From contig CBDCYW010000010.1 in assembly GCA_965224245.1 (NCBI GenBank), positions 9,617 through 73,616 on the forward strand: 64,000 nt of DNA, given 5' to 3'. A program made the translations under genes and the position numbers. The notes beneath the pieces are model-generated. The model was not told the origin of the DNA and did not search any database. It worked only from the letters and a program-made list of their open reading frames with translations. Source of the DNA: Candidatus Eiseniibacteriota bacterium. GTDB taxonomy: Bacteria; Eisenbacteria; RBG-16-71-46; CAZAMP01. This document shows positions 1-10,447 of this stretch, piece by piece. The first letter of the stretch is position 1. Every line of letters starts with the position of its first letter.

Positions 1-1482
1 GTCGGGCAAGCTGCCGTCGGCGGTCTCGCGCATCCGCCGCATGAGACGTAGAAGAAGATGCTCACTGTGCGTTTCAAGTAGAAACGTATTCCCACGGCTA
101 CCTAGGGCCGATTCAATGAACACGTCCCCAAGTTCCGCTTGTAGCGCTGGGTGAAGGTGGATCTCAGGTTGTTCGATCGCGATAATCTGCTCACTCATGC
201 TGAAGGCATTAACAAGAACGGGAAGTGCCTGGCTCACTCCGATGCCCACGTCGCGATGGGTGACTATCGTCTGCGTGCGACGATCCATCAGCACAAGCTC
301 CGTGAACCGATCTACATCTGCTTCGCCAAGAATCGTCTTGAAGTTGTCGACCTCGGCGTCCACGTCCTTGATGTACGGGCGGACGTTCATGTCCTCTGGG
401 TTTTCTTGGTCCGGCTCGACATCTAGTCCGTCGTGTTCTGCGATCGCCTCGATCGCCTCGTGCAGCGGGCGGTCCAATTGGTCGAACGCAACGAGATCAC
501 GCACGATTACTTCATAGGGAGTACTGAGTCGCTCCGCGGACATGAGCCACGTGTTTACGGCCGACCTGACATCGGGCTCACGACGTAGAACGTCCCAGGC
601 ATGGCCGCCGCCCGCATGCCAGTTGGGATCGTGATGCGCAGAAAACGCGAGATGCCGCGGTGGATAGGATCGTAATGGTCCAAGATACCGGAAGCGACTA
701 ATGACTCCGTCAACGGCCGCGGACACACCGCTGATCAGCTCGCGCAACGTTCGCGGAAGAAACATGCGCACGGCCTCCGCGAGGTCCTTACCCCTATGAC
801 CTCTGCTGACGGGAAATAGCAGTGCTTGCGTTGTCTCCTGTTCCGAGGATGTCTGAGTGTCAAGCTGGGGCAAGAAGTTCCGTAGGTGAACCGACAGATC
901 AGGTATGAGTCCATCAACAGCGTCGTCCATTCCAACGAAATCTTCTTCTCGTACTTCTTCGGTAGTAGTCGTGGACAGCACGATCGCTTTGAGTACTTCA
1001 CGGAAGACAGGATGCGTCTGATCGAGCCGGTCGATCCGAAGGCGGTTCTTTCCCCTAGCGCTCATGCTGAGCAGGGGCGCGCTATCGGCGAGGAGCGAGC
1101 ACGCGACTGCGCCGATACCGAGTCGCGAGTCTTCTCCTATGAAGTACTGCAGCGCCACGCTATTGGCTGGTGCAAGCAGATCGGAAACCCGCCCCGATAG
1201 GTCTGCAGTATCGAGTTCGATCGTCCATTCGACTCGCTGGCTTGCATCCCGGCGATGAACGTACTGACGAAAGCCTCCAAGATCAATAGACTCGCCACCA
1301 ATCTCGGTGCGTTGCGTGTCGAGATCGCCGGTAGCAACGGCGTGGTGAGCGAGAGATAGGCTATGAATGATGCTGGACTTTCCTGCGCTATTTGGCCCGT
1401 AGACAAGGGTAAGCGGTCGAACGGGAATCTCTTGTGTCTCCGCGAAGGCCTTGAAGTTACCAATCTGCAGTGAACGAATCAT
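1..1482 (-). CDS. ABC/AAA-type ATPase (AAA_15/DUF3696-like), runs off the window's left edge; absent from the ORF track
   Basis: Manual translation from ATG at 1482 (ATGA overlap with the hsdS stop): MIRSLQIGNFKAF, Walker A YGPNSAGKSS, signature-like DVGIGVSQ, Walker B IIAIEQPEIHLHP, H-loop ETHSEH. Confidence 0.85.
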   Translation of the reverse strand, partial: MIRSLQIGNFKAFAETQEIPVRPLTLVYGPNSAGKSSIIHSLSLAHHAVATGDLDTQRTEIGGESIDLGGFRQYVHRRDASQRVEWTIELDTADLSGRVSDLLAPANSVALQYFIGEDSRLGIGAVACSLLADSAPLLSMSARGKNRLRIDRLDQTHPVFREVLKAIVLSTTTTEEVREEDFVGMDDAVDGLIPDLSVHLRNFLPQLDTQTSSEQETTQALLFPVSRGHRGKDLAEAVRMFLPRTLRELISGVSAAVDGVISRFRYLGPLRSYPPRHLAFSAHHDPNWHAGGGHAWDVLRREPDVRSAVNTWLMSAERLSTPYEVIVRDLVAFDQLDRPLHEAIEAIAEHDGLDVEPDQENPEDMNVRPYIKDVDAEVDNFKTILGEADVDRFTELVLMDRRTQTIVTHRDVGIGVSQALPVLVNAFSMSEQIIAIEQPEIHLHPALQAELGDVFIESALGSRGNTFLLETHSEHLLLRLMRRMRETADGSLPD

Positions 1483-2777
1483 GAATGCACCTCCCGGTCG
1501 GTGGCGTCGGAAAGCGCGCGTGCCTGCTCATTCATATCCTTTAGCACTTCCTTCATGTGCGCTTCACGCCAGGCGGCGGTCAGTTCGCCTGCGAACGCTC
1601 GGTGCAAGAGAACTGAAAAGAGTTCGGATAGGCGATCGGACGCTCCCTCCTTCTCGCTACGAATACTTTTGAAGTCGCTTAGCACGTCGCAGAAACGCTG
1701 TTGGAGTTCACGTGGCGGCAGGGGCACAGGGATCTGGCGGAGCCCATCCGTGTTGATGTTGGATTGGCCGGCGGTGGTGCGAATGTAGGGTGCCATCGAC
1801 CTGCGTCCCATGGGCGTGTTGAGCAGGGCGGAGAGAAAACCGGGCTGTACCTCATTCGTGTCGACGCGCACGCGGATTAGGTAAGATGCAAACGAGTATT
1901 CGCGAGGCTCGCCAAAGACGGCACATCTTCCGACGTAATCTGGGTTCCCGTTCGTCCTAACGAAGAGCAGATCACCATGGATCAGTGAAAAGCGCTCCCG
2001 CTCCTTGCCTGACAGCTCGCAGTATTTGAGATCACTGGGGTCAATCTCCCCGCGAATAATGTTTGGGATCCTCAGCACAGGTGTTCCGACCATGTCTTCA
2101 TGGCACCTCTTGGATGTGCCATAGCGCAGATTGATTGCCAATGTCCCCAATCGTGATGTCTCCCAGCCCATCGGATTCGTGGCAGGATCGCCAAACATTC
2201 TTGTGTACAAGGCAGTCGGAACACGGGCTGCCGTTGCACTAGCCGCAGCGCGTAGATTGCGCAGCTCGTCGGCCCGGTCAAGGATCTCGACAATGCGGCG
2301 CTGTTCGGTGGGAGTGGGCAGAGGAATACGCTGTTTGAGATAGGCTCTGTATTCGAGATTCCTAATGCCGGTGGTTTGCTTCTGGTACTGAAGGGTCCTG
2401 CCTGTCACATGAAACCAATGGAGAAACCAGAATAGGAACCGAGGCTCACAGACCTTGGCATCAACTCGGAGCCGTTGACAAAAATTGCTGAACGTGTGAG
2501 ACCGATCATCCCCCGGGAAATAGCGAACTCGCCCAACGGGCTGACGAGGGCTGCCGCCCGAGCGTTCCAGTATGATGTCCCCTGGTTCCAGCAGTTTGGC
2601 ATCGCGCTTGGATTCAGGAATAGACCGAAGTGCCAACTTTGAAAGATCCAACGTCACATCGTTGCGGAAGTTCGTTGAACGGAGAACATTGGTGCCTTTC
2701 TCCGTATCTTCTGGTCCCCAGACGCCAGGATCAGCCAACAGAAGCAGTGTGCTTAGTTGTGGGGAGGCCCAAGTCAT
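1479..2777 (-). CDS. hsdS: Type I restriction-modification specificity subunit
   Basis: Two TRD-like halves ending in LPTPTEQRRIVEILD and PLPPRELQQRF; downstream of hsdM. Confidence 0.92.
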   Translation of the reverse strand: MTWASPQLSTLLLLADPGVWGPEDTEKGTNVLRSTNFRNDVTLDLSKLALRSIPESKRDAKLLEPGDIILERSGGSPRQPVGRVRYFPGDDRSHTFSNFCQRLRVDAKVCEPRFLFWFLHWFHVTGRTLQYQKQTTGIRNLEYRAYLKQRIPLPTPTEQRRIVEILDRADELRNLRAAASATAARVPTALYTRMFGDPATNPMGWETSRLGTLAINLRYGTSKRCHEDMVGTPVLRIPNIIRGEIDPSDLKYCELSGKERERFSLIHGDLLFVRTNGNPDYVGRCAVFGEPREYSFASYLIRVRVDTNEVQPGFLSALLNTPMGRRSMAPYIRTTAGQSNINTDGLRQIPVPLPPRELQQRFCDVLSDFKSIRSEKEGASDRLSELFSVLLHRAFAGELTAAWREAHMKEVLKDMNEQARALSDATDREVHS

Positions 2778-4432
2778 CCCGTCGCCTCCACATCCTTCAG
2801 GAGCTTCGATAGCCGTTTCTGGATCGTGCTCTCCATTGCGAGCAGATCTCGGATTAAGTCGGTTGGATCGTCATCGGGCACATCTTGACCCACGCGAGGC
2901 CTGTAGGTGCCAGCGGAGAGATTGTAATCGTTGTTCGCTATGGTCTTGAGGTTGGCCCACCAGCCGGAGGGAGTATCGCTCCCTGGCTCAAGGACCGTGT
3001 TGGCCTCGACGCCCGGTGCCGCTTTGAAGCCAGAGCTCCTGTATGCGGACCACTGCTGCAGAAGGCGGGGGATGTCGTTGTGATCCGGTGTCTCGGGCCG
3101 ACCGCCGGCCTGAATCTTGTCTGGGTCGTAGCCGTCGTTTGTGACCCCATAGAACCACACTCTTGGCACCGACGGCCTCTTGCCCTCGTGCGGTCTCCGA
3201 AAAACAAGCACAGCAGTCTTGACGCCAGCGTAGGGTTTGAAAACACCGACAGGTAGAGATACAACCGCCAACAGCTCAAAGTCGTCGATGAGCTTGCGAC
3301 GAAGCTCAACATGGCCTTTAGTTGAGCCGAACAACAATCCCTCTGGTACGACTACCGCGCACCGTCCGCCTGGAGCGAGAGCACGCATCATCACGCCAAG
3401 GAATAGCAGCTCACTCTTCTTGGACCTAGTAGGGAGGTCCTGGCGGATAGACTCCTTTGGAAGCTGTCCTGCGAACGGAGGATTGGAAAGAATCACCTTA
3501 TAGCGTCGATTGAGGTCATCTTCGGTTAGTCCTCCGATCTCAGAAAGAGTGTTTGCGCGCTTCAGGTTGGCATGGCGGATCCCGTGCAACACCAAGTTCA
3601 TCATCGCAATGCGCATGAGCTGGCGCGACACGTCTGTGCCGTGGATCGAAGCTTCGAGAACACTCCAGTCTGGGATTCGCTCCCCGGCACCCTTGCTATA
3701 GGTCTGCAGGTTTGGAATGGCGAGTCTTGCCTCGTCAAGCGTCTCACCGCGCTTCTCAAGCCAGTCCTCGCCGTAGATTGGCACGTGTTCAGGGCTCTCG
3801 CTGTACTTTGCCAGCATGTAGTCCACAGCATCGATCAGGAAGCCCCCAGTGCCACACGCAGGATCGTAGATGGTATCGCCGAGGTCCGGATCGACCATCT
3901 CCACCATGAACGCACGGATCTGACGTGGCGTTCTGAACTGACCATTCAACGCCGATTGACCTAGGTGCGTTAGCAAGTACTCGAAGACATCGCCCTTGAC
4001 GTCCGGTCCGAGCTTCTTGAACTCGATGGTGTCGAGTTCGTCGATGACCTGCTTGAGAACCGCTGGATCGACAATCTCGAGAACAGCTTCCCGAAAGTAC
4101 TCAGCGACACGAGGCGCATCCTTGACGAGAGATGCCATGTACGCGAAGACCTCATCCCGCAAGAAGTCCCGCAGATCGTACCCACTCTTATATTTCCATT
4201 TGGACCAACGATAGCGCGACGACTGCTTCGGAAACAGCAAACTCCCATTGCCGGCTGACGAGGTCTCGCCGACAAGCCGCCCACGCAATTCTCGGTCTGA
4301 CTCCTCTTCATCAAGCAGCTTCAAGAAGATGAGATATGAGATTTGCTCAATGTAGGTCACCGGATTAGTCACGCCGCCGGCCCAGAGAATATCCGTGATC
4401 CGCTTGAGTTTGCGCCGAATGTCGTGGTCCAT
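2774..4432 (-). CDS. hsdM: Type I R-M N6-adenine methyltransferase
   Basis: GQFRTPR, YDPACGTGGFL (SAM binding), NPPF catalytic motif; start likely ATG 4432. Confidence 0.95.
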   Translation of the reverse strand: MDHDIRRKLKRITDILWAGGVTNPVTYIEQISYLIFLKLLDEEESDRELRGRLVGETSSAGNGSLLFPKQSSRYRWSKWKYKSGYDLRDFLRDEVFAYMASLVKDAPRVAEYFREAVLEIVDPAVLKQVIDELDTIEFKKLGPDVKGDVFEYLLTHLGQSALNGQFRTPRQIRAFMVEMVDPDLGDTIYDPACGTGGFLIDAVDYMLAKYSESPEHVPIYGEDWLEKRGETLDEARLAIPNLQTYSKGAGERIPDWSVLEASIHGTDVSRQLMRIAMMNLVLHGIRHANLKRANTLSEIGGLTEDDLNRRYKVILSNPPFAGQLPKESIRQDLPTRSKKSELLFLGVMMRALAPGGRCAVVVPEGLLFGSTKGHVELRRKLIDDFELLAVVSLPVGVFKPYAGVKTAVLVFRRPHEGKRPSVPRVWFYGVTNDGYDPDKIQAGGRPETPDHNDIPRLLQQWSAYRSSGFKAAPGVEANTVLEPGSDTPSGWWANLKTIANNDYNLSAGTYRPRVGQDVPDDDPTDLIRDLLAMESTIQKRLSKLLKDVEATG

Positions 4433-4439
4433 GAGCGTC

Positions 4440-6704
4440 CTATCCTCGATATGTGGCGAAAACATTCTCGTTAAGGTCGTCGACGATGCGCTTCAATCCG
4501 TCTTCCCCAAAAAGCTCGACGCCCAGGCCCGCTGCGTTAAGTATCGACAGAGGCGGTTTAAACAGATCGTCTACTGCAAGCTGCCCCCGTGCGATTCCTC
4601 GATTTTTCAGCAAGGCGAGATACTGGGCCTGCTCGGGTGTGAGCGAGCGCGTGACGAGCCAAGCGCGAAAGTTTTCGTCAAGCTGCTCCTCTCGGCTCTT
4701 CACCTTGATCAACCCGAGTGCCGCGCGGACAAAGTCGACCAGCGTGCCCCCTGGGTTGCGATAGGCTCGACGCAGGTTCTCCTCGTTGAAGTAGTGCTCG
4801 GGCTGATTAAGTCGACGTGCGAGATGGTCCTCTTCTTCGGGCGTGAGAGGTTCTTCAGCTTTGACCTTGCGCAGCGTAGGATCATCGACCGCCTGACCCT
4901 GAATCGTCTTTTCCCAGTTCGTGACGTAGTCCCGCTTGTCTACTCTCTCACCATCAGGACCTACTTCGACGTAGGTGACTGCTTCGAGCCATTCGTCCTC
5001 GAGGCCGAGCTCGACGAGGTCACGAGGTGACGTTGGGGCTTTGGGCTTCGCGGTAGGCGCGTGGCCGCTTCCGGTCCCCGTGAAAATGTCGGTGTCGCTG
5101 TCGTTGAAATACTCGTGGTTCTTGAAGAAGTCGTATATGACGAACTTCTGCTTGTCGATGTGGGGGGCGGTGCGTGTTCCCCGCCCTCTCATCTGCTGGT
5201 ACAGAATCGGACTTCGCACTCGACGAGCCATAACCAAGTGGAGTACTTCACGGCAATCGAAGCCGGTGTCCAGCATACCGACGCTTACGGCAACCTGCGG
5301 ATACTTCTCCTGCTTGAAACGGCGGATGGCGTCATCAGCGTCCGGCACGTCACTCGTAATGACTTCGGCGTAGCGGCCCTTCTGCTCGGGGTGTAGTTCG
5401 TTGAGGTAACTCGCCAGCCGGGACGCGTGATGCTTGGTAATAGCAAAAACAATGGTCTTGCCAGGGGCTACGTCCTGCTTAGGCGCGAGTTCTAGGTAGT
5501 GTTCGTGCGCCAGACGATCGAACTCCTCCATCATCAGACGGTTCGTCTTCTCGTTCGTCCACTTGCGTTCGAACTCCGCAGGGTCGTAGTGCTCCTCCTC
5601 TACGTCAGCGCCCTCAGCGATGATCTCGGTGATGCCCGTGGCGAAACGATAGGGCGCGAGGTATCCCTCCTGGAACGCGTCATGGATCGGGTAGCTGAAG
5701 TCGGGCTGCCCATCCTTGCAGTGGTAGAACTCGAACGTGTTTCGTTCAATGTAGGCCGCAGGTGTAGCGGTGAGGCCGATGTGCAGGGCATCGAAGTGCG
5801 TCAACGCAACTTGCCACGCACCATAGATCGATCGATGAGACTCGTCTGCTATGACGACGTCGAAGTAGCCGCTTGTGTAGTCCTGGTAACGTCCGATCAT
5901 TGTCTGGAGGAGGCAGACCGTGATCTGCTGCTCCTGTTTCTGCACACCAGGACGAAGCCAGTAGCTGGGATGGCTGGCGAGAACGTCCTGGAGCGCGCCG
6001 ACTGCCTGTTTGGCGAGCTGATCCCGATCAACGAGAAACAAAATCCGCTCGGCCCGGCCTGCTTCGATCAACCGCTTCAGATAGAGACAGATGAGATCCG
6101 TCTTTCCGGTCCCCGTGGGCAGCTCGATCAGGAAACGACGTTTGCCTAGCTCAACTGCCTGATCGAGGGCACGCATCGCGTCCTGCTGGTAGCTGCGGAC
6201 TGTCCGGGTCTCACCCTGTCGAACGTAGTGCTCGGGGATCGCGATCTCCGCGAGCGCCCGTCGAGTGGCTCGCATCTCAACGAGACGCTCGAGGTCTCGG
6301 CGCGAGAAGAACGAGTTGACGATGCGAGCATCGTCATTCTGGTAGTCCCAGAAGTAGATGAGTTCGCCGTTGGTGAGGAAGATGAACGGCGCATCAATCT
6401 GCTTTGCGTAGGGAAGTGCCTGCTGCTTGGCGATGTAGGGATGCGTGGCCTGACGCTTGGCTTCGATCACTGCGAGTGGGCGGCCGTCCTGCGAGTAGAG
6501 GACGTAATCGGCCCGTCCGCTAGTGTCCCGTGTAACGCCTTCATAGGCACCTTCGACTTCGGCAACCCGCTCTGCGCCAGCGTGTCGACGATGCACGACC
6601 ACTTCGGTGCCAACCTGAGATTTGTCTGCAGGGTCCCAGCCGGCGGCACGCAGCGCGTCATCGATTACGATGCGCGCATCAGCTTCTGTTCTACCTTGTG
6701 TCAT
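4440..6704 (-). CDS. hsdR: Type I restriction endonuclease/helicase subunit (EcoEI-like)
   Basis: Nuclease ADY...IEAK, Walker A PTGTGKT, DESH box, LTATP, QMRGRGTR. Confidence 0.93.
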   Translation of the reverse strand: MTQGRTEADARIVIDDALRAAGWDPADKSQVGTEVVVHRRHAGAERVAEVEGAYEGVTRDTSGRADYVLYSQDGRPLAVIEAKRQATHPYIAKQQALPYAKQIDAPFIFLTNGELIYFWDYQNDDARIVNSFFSRRDLERLVEMRATRRALAEIAIPEHYVRQGETRTVRSYQQDAMRALDQAVELGKRRFLIELPTGTGKTDLICLYLKRLIEAGRAERILFLVDRDQLAKQAVGALQDVLASHPSYWLRPGVQKQEQQITVCLLQTMIGRYQDYTSGYFDVVIADESHRSIYGAWQVALTHFDALHIGLTATPAAYIERNTFEFYHCKDGQPDFSYPIHDAFQEGYLAPYRFATGITEIIAEGADVEEEHYDPAEFERKWTNEKTNRLMMEEFDRLAHEHYLELAPKQDVAPGKTIVFAITKHHASRLASYLNELHPEQKGRYAEVITSDVPDADDAIRRFKQEKYPQVAVSVGMLDTGFDCREVLHLVMARRVRSPILYQQMRGRGTRTAPHIDKQKFVIYDFFKNHEYFNDSDTDIFTGTGSGHAPTAKPKAPTSPRDLVELGLEDEWLEAVTYVEVGPDGERVDKRDYVTNWEKTIQGQAVDDPTLRKVKAEEPLTPEEEDHLARRLNQPEHYFNEENLRRAYRNPGGTLVDFVRAALGLIKVKSREEQLDENFRAWLVTRSLTPEQAQYLALLKNRGIARGQLAVDDLFKPPLSILNAAGLGVELFGEDGLKRIVDDLNENVFATYRG

Positions 6705-6728
6705 AGTGGAGTCTCCAAGTAGAACCCC

Positions 6729-8249
6729 TTACGCAGTTTTGGTGCCAGCTCGAATCCCATATTTCTTCATCCAATTTGTGAACGTCTGATAGCTTGCAAG
6801 GCCAACGAGTTCGGCGGCGCGAGTCTTGTTGCCTCCGGCCTCGTCGAGTGCCCTAGTCATGTAGTGACGAGCTACATCACTCAAGAGGTCAGGCAAGCTA
6901 AGCTCTTCTCCCAAAGGGCGATTGAGCACGTCGGTATCGCTCGACGTCGGGGGCGGCATCATCGCTTCACGGATGTCCTCGACCGTGAGCGTTTCGTCTT
7001 CAGACCAAATCGCAGCGCGTCGCAGCGTGTTCTGAAGCTCGCGAACATTCCCTGGCCAGGAGTAGTTGAGAAGAAGATTCTTTGCGCCCGCAGAAAGCTT
7101 CTTCTGTCTGTAGCCGGGTTCGCTGCTGCTCTCCTCATTCACCTGCTTCAGTATGTGGTCGACCAGCAGGCTGAGGTCGCCGGCGCGTTCGCGCACTGGC
7201 GGGACCTTGAGGACAGCGACGGCCAGCCTATAATATAGGTCCTCCCGAAAGCGCCCGGCGGAGACCTCATCGGTTAAAGTCCGGTTGGTAGCCGCGACGA
7301 TGCGCACGTCCACTTTGATCGGTTGTGTTGACCCAAGGCGGACGATCTCGCCCTCCTGCAGCGCCCGCAGCAGTTTGACCTGCGCCGGCAAGGGCAGTTC
7401 TCCGATCTCATCCAGGAACAGAGACCCTTTATCCGCAGACTCGAAATAGCCTTTCCGTGCCTGGGTCGCGCCGGTAAATGCTCCACGTTCGTGGCCAAAG
7501 AGTTGGGATTCGATGAGGTCCGCAGGGATGGCCCCGCAGTTCAGCGCCACGAACGGCTGCGCCGCACGGGTACTGGCCCGGTGGATCGCTCTCGCAAAGA
7601 GTTCCTTCCCTGTACCGGATTCTCCCTCTATTAGAACGGGAACGTTGCGAGCTGCGACTCGCCGGCCACGGTCGATCACTCGGGACATCGCACGGCTCCG
7701 GTGGACGATGTCATCGAACTCCGGTGCATCGGGGGGCTCGGCCCCGCTCAAGCGCCGGAGCTTCTCGTCCTGTTCTCTGAGTAGGTCGGGGATAAAGTCT
7801 GCTGAGATGTCGAATGGAACAGACGCCGTTCGAACGCCGTGCTCCCGTGAGGACTCGATCAGTTCCGCGGGGTATCGCGTCTTGGCCAGGATTACCCAGA
7901 CGGCGGCCATGGCCGGGGTACCGGGGCTCAGGTGGAACACAAGCTCGGTGCTGTCCCGCTGGCCGTCGAGGGCAGCTTCACAGGACCGGACGGCGGCCTC
8001 GTAGATCTCCCCGAAATTGGTAGGGCCGGACAGCTTCTCCTCGATGATCGTGACCTTCACCGTCGTGCGGGTCTCAAGCCACTCCAGATACGGCTTGACC
8101 CGAGTTGAAGGGTAGTCGGAGACGAGGTAGACCTCGTCGAAGCTCCGACCTTCGAGGGCCTGGGCTATGGGACCAATGCCAACCGTGTCCGTTTCCGTCG
8201 GCGCACGGAGGTCGGTGGCCCCGATCCAGCTCACGAGTACGGTCCTCAT
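6729..8249 (-). CDS. Sigma-54 enhancer-binding protein with RtcR/CARF-like N-terminal sensor and Fis-type HTH
   Basis: [31 protein letters not shown]-terminal [12 protein letters not shown]-terminal VSWIGATD...[10 protein letters not shown] resembles CARF/RtcR motifs; start likely ATG 8249. Confidence 0.88.
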   Translation of the reverse strand: MRTVLVSWIGATDLRAPTETDTVGIGPIAQALEGRSFDEVYLVSDYPSTRVKPYLEWLETRTTVKVTIIEEKLSGPTNFGEIYEAAVRSCEAALDGQRDSTELVFHLSPGTPAMAAVWVILAKTRYPAELIESSREHGVRTASVPFDISADFIPDLLREQDEKLRRLSGAEPPDAPEFDDIVHRSRAMSRVIDRGRRVAARNVPVLIEGESGTGKELFARAIHRASTRAAQPFVALNCGAIPADLIESQLFGHERGAFTGATQARKGYFESADKGSLFLDEIGELPLPAQVKLLRALQEGEIVRLGSTQPIKVDVRIVAATNRTLTDEVSAGRFREDLYYRLAVAVLKVPPVRERAGDLSLLVDHILKQVNEESSSEPGYRQKKLSAGAKNLLLNYSWPGNVRELQNTLRRAAIWSEDETLTVEDIREAMMPPPTSSDTDVLNRPLGEELSLPDLLSDVARHYMTRALDEAGGNKTRAAELVGLASYQTFTNWMKKYGIRAGTKTA

Positions 8250-8273
8250 TCTCAAAGGGAATACAACGAATCG

Positions 8274-8286
8274 TGTGTAAAACACA
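8274..8286. promoter_or_regulatory. Short inverted repeat, candidate activator/operator site
   Basis: TGTGT-AAA-ACACA in the AT-rich divergent intergenic region, about 80 bp upstream of the -24/-12 box. Confidence 0.35.
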
Positions 8287-8361
8287 AGAACTTTTGTGGC
8301 ACTACTCCCTTCGGGTCGCGCTAACACACTGCAATATAGTGAGATGCAAGATGCCACCATT

Positions 8362-8376
8362 TGGCACGATTGCTGC
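8362..8376 (+). promoter_or_regulatory. Sigma-54 (-24/-12) promoter
   Basis: TGGCACGATTGCTGC = GG-N10-GC, one mismatch to TGGCACG-N4-TTGC, beside a divergent EBP gene. Confidence 0.72.
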
Positions 8377-8392
8377 GATATGAGTGGACATC

Positions 8393-10099
8393 ATGGCAAC
8401 GAACCCTCAGAATCAGCTCAGGAGCCTCGTGGAAGTCTCGGAGGAAGCTGTCTCCGCCGAGATCTTGGATCCGAGACCAAACTCGATCTCGATGTTCGAG
8501 GACCTGACAGAGCCCCAACGCCAGCAGCTGGCGACCGACGCCTGGTCGATTGGGCTTCGAGCTCTGGCGAACGCACATGCCCAAGCGCAGGAAGCTCGTC
8601 TCCAGGACGTCGGAAAGACGCTCCTTGACGACGTCGACCGGCTGCTCAAGGGCCACGTCGATTCGCAGCAGCAGATCATCGCAACGGTTCTGTCGAAGTA
8701 CTTCGATCCCAACGACGGCCAGGTTGCTGAACGCTTGGGCGCGTTCATGAACGACGAAGGTGTGCTGGCCCGGTTGCTCGAGAAGTATCTCGGGGATGAC
8801 GGGAGCGTTCTGGCTCAGACACTTGCTCGTCAGGTAGGGGAGCAAAGCGAGCTGTTCAAGAAGCTGAGTCCTACCGATAGCGAGGGGCTCGTGAAGATAC
8901 TCGAAGCACAGTTTCGCAGCGTGCTGAATGACGGCCATGCCGAACTGCTTCGAGCACTCGACCCGCTGGCCGAGAATGGTGCGGTTGCCCGTTTTCTCAA
9001 GAGCCTTCGCGAGGACCTCGCGACTGCGGACGAGGACCGAGCCAAGCAACTGCAGAAGGCGTTGGCCGCCCTCGACGCCAACGACGACAACTCCCTCATT
9101 AGTCGGATGATGAGGGAAACAGCGACGGCCAGGCAGTCAGTACTTGAAGCGGTGAACCCAGAGTCACCCGATTCGCCAATGGCAATGATGAAGGCCTCAC
9201 TCACGGAGCTACTGAAGGACTACGCCAAGACACAGCAGGAGGCGCTCGAACTCCAGCGGCAGCGCCAGGAGAAATTCGAAAGCGATGTGCGCGAGGCTCT
9301 CGGTCGACTGGAAGGTCGGCGCGATGAGACAGCGGTCAGCCCACGGGGTGGATTAAATTTTCAAGACGCGGTCACCGCCTTCGTGTCGAACGCGGTTCAG
9401 GGCGCGCCATGCACGGTTGAAGACACTGGGAACACCACGGGCACACGGGCTCGATGCAAGGTCGGTGACTTGGTCGCACGATTTACGGAAGAGAGCGCAT
9501 TTGCCGGTCAGGGCGTCGTTTTCGAATCAAAACGAGATGCTTCATACACGACGCAGAAGGCACTCGAAGAGCTCGACGTCGCTCGCGCAAACCGAAACGC
9601 ATCAGCCGGGGTGTTCGTCATGGCGAAATCACATGCGCCTGCCGGATTCCCTCTGTTCGCGAGGCACGGTCGTAACGTCATCGTCACGTGGGACGATCAG
9701 GATGCGACCACAGATCCATACCTGCATGCGGGCGTTCTCCTCGGTATCGCGCTCGTTACCAGGGCAAAGTCCGTCGGTGACGAGGGCGACCTGGAAGCGC
9801 TTCGAGACATCGAAGGCCGCATCGAATCCGAGCTGAGTCGCCTCGATAAGATGCGCAAGAGCAATGATTCGATCCGCAAGAACTCCGACACGATCGGCGA
9901 GGAGATCAGGAAGGCCGAGAATGCGCTCGACCTCCTCCTCCGGAAGGCAAAGAGCACGCTTACGGCCCTCAATGTGGAACTCACGGAGGAAGCGGAAGAA
10001 CGCGTGACGCCGATCTCATTCGACGAAGACGCGCTCGGTAATGTGCGTAACGCGACCGACGACTCGCCCCCAGCGACTGGGACGGATTTGACCGCGTGA
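8393..10099 (+). CDS. Coiled-coil protein with C-terminal PD-(D/E)XK nuclease-like domain (RmuC/DUF2130-like architecture)
   Basis: Long helical N-terminus, then SPRGGLNFQ...KVGDLV...VVFESKRD, then a second coiled coil. Confidence 0.6.
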   Translation: MATNPQNQLRSLVEVSEEAVSAEILDPRPNSISMFEDLTEPQRQQLATDAWSIGLRALANAHAQAQEARLQDVGKTLLDDVDRLLKGHVDSQQQIIATVLSKYFDPNDGQVAERLGAFMNDEGVLARLLEKYLGDDGSVLAQTLARQVGEQSELFKKLSPTDSEGLVKILEAQFRSVLNDGHAELLRALDPLAENGAVARFLKSLREDLATADEDRAKQLQKALAALDANDDNSLISRMMRETATARQSVLEAVNPESPDSPMAMMKASLTELLKDYAKTQQEALELQRQRQEKFESDVREALGRLEGRRDETAVSPRGGLNFQDAVTAFVSNAVQGAPCTVEDTGNTTGTRARCKVGDLVARFTEESAFAGQGVVFESKRDASYTTQKALEELDVARANRNASAGVFVMAKSHAPAGFPLFARHGRNVIVTWDDQDATTDPYLHAGVLLGIALVTRAKSVGDEGDLEALRDIEGRIESELSRLDKMRKSNDSIRKNSDTIGEEIRKAENALDLLLRKAKSTLTALNVELTEEAEERVTPISFDEDALGNVRNATDDSPPATGTDLTA

Positions 10100-10166
10100 G
10101 AGGGGCTGATACGCTGAGTGCAACGCCTGCAGACAGTGCGGGTTGTGGATGGGAGGTGAATCGTGC

Positions 10167-10361
10167 ATGACGGACATAGCCTTTGTTGCATACAGTGTTA
10201 CAGAACATCGGGGTTGCACCAAGCTAGCGGAATCCCGCTGGGTGCGCGTGGGCGTCGCCTTCGAGGACGACGACTCCAGCCTTACGCTCTATCTGGATGC
10301 GACGCCACTGTCAGGGAAACTTGTCTTGCGGCGGCCAGAGAAGGAAAAGGCACACATTTGA
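10167..10361 (+). CDS. Small beta-rich hypothetical protein (64 aa)
   Basis: GGAGG SD-like sequence upstream; WVRVGVAF...LYLDATPLSGKLVLR resembles small mobile-element proteins. Confidence 0.55.
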   Translation: MTDIAFVAYSVTEHRGCTKLAESRWVRVGVAFEDDDSSLTLYLDATPLSGKLVLRRPEKEKAHI

Positions 10362-10447
10362 TCCTTCGTCTGTGAGAAGTGCGCTCCGCTAGGGAGTGGG
10401 CGGAGGTGGGCCAGGCTTTTTGGACCGAGATGAGACCAGGAGCGAGT

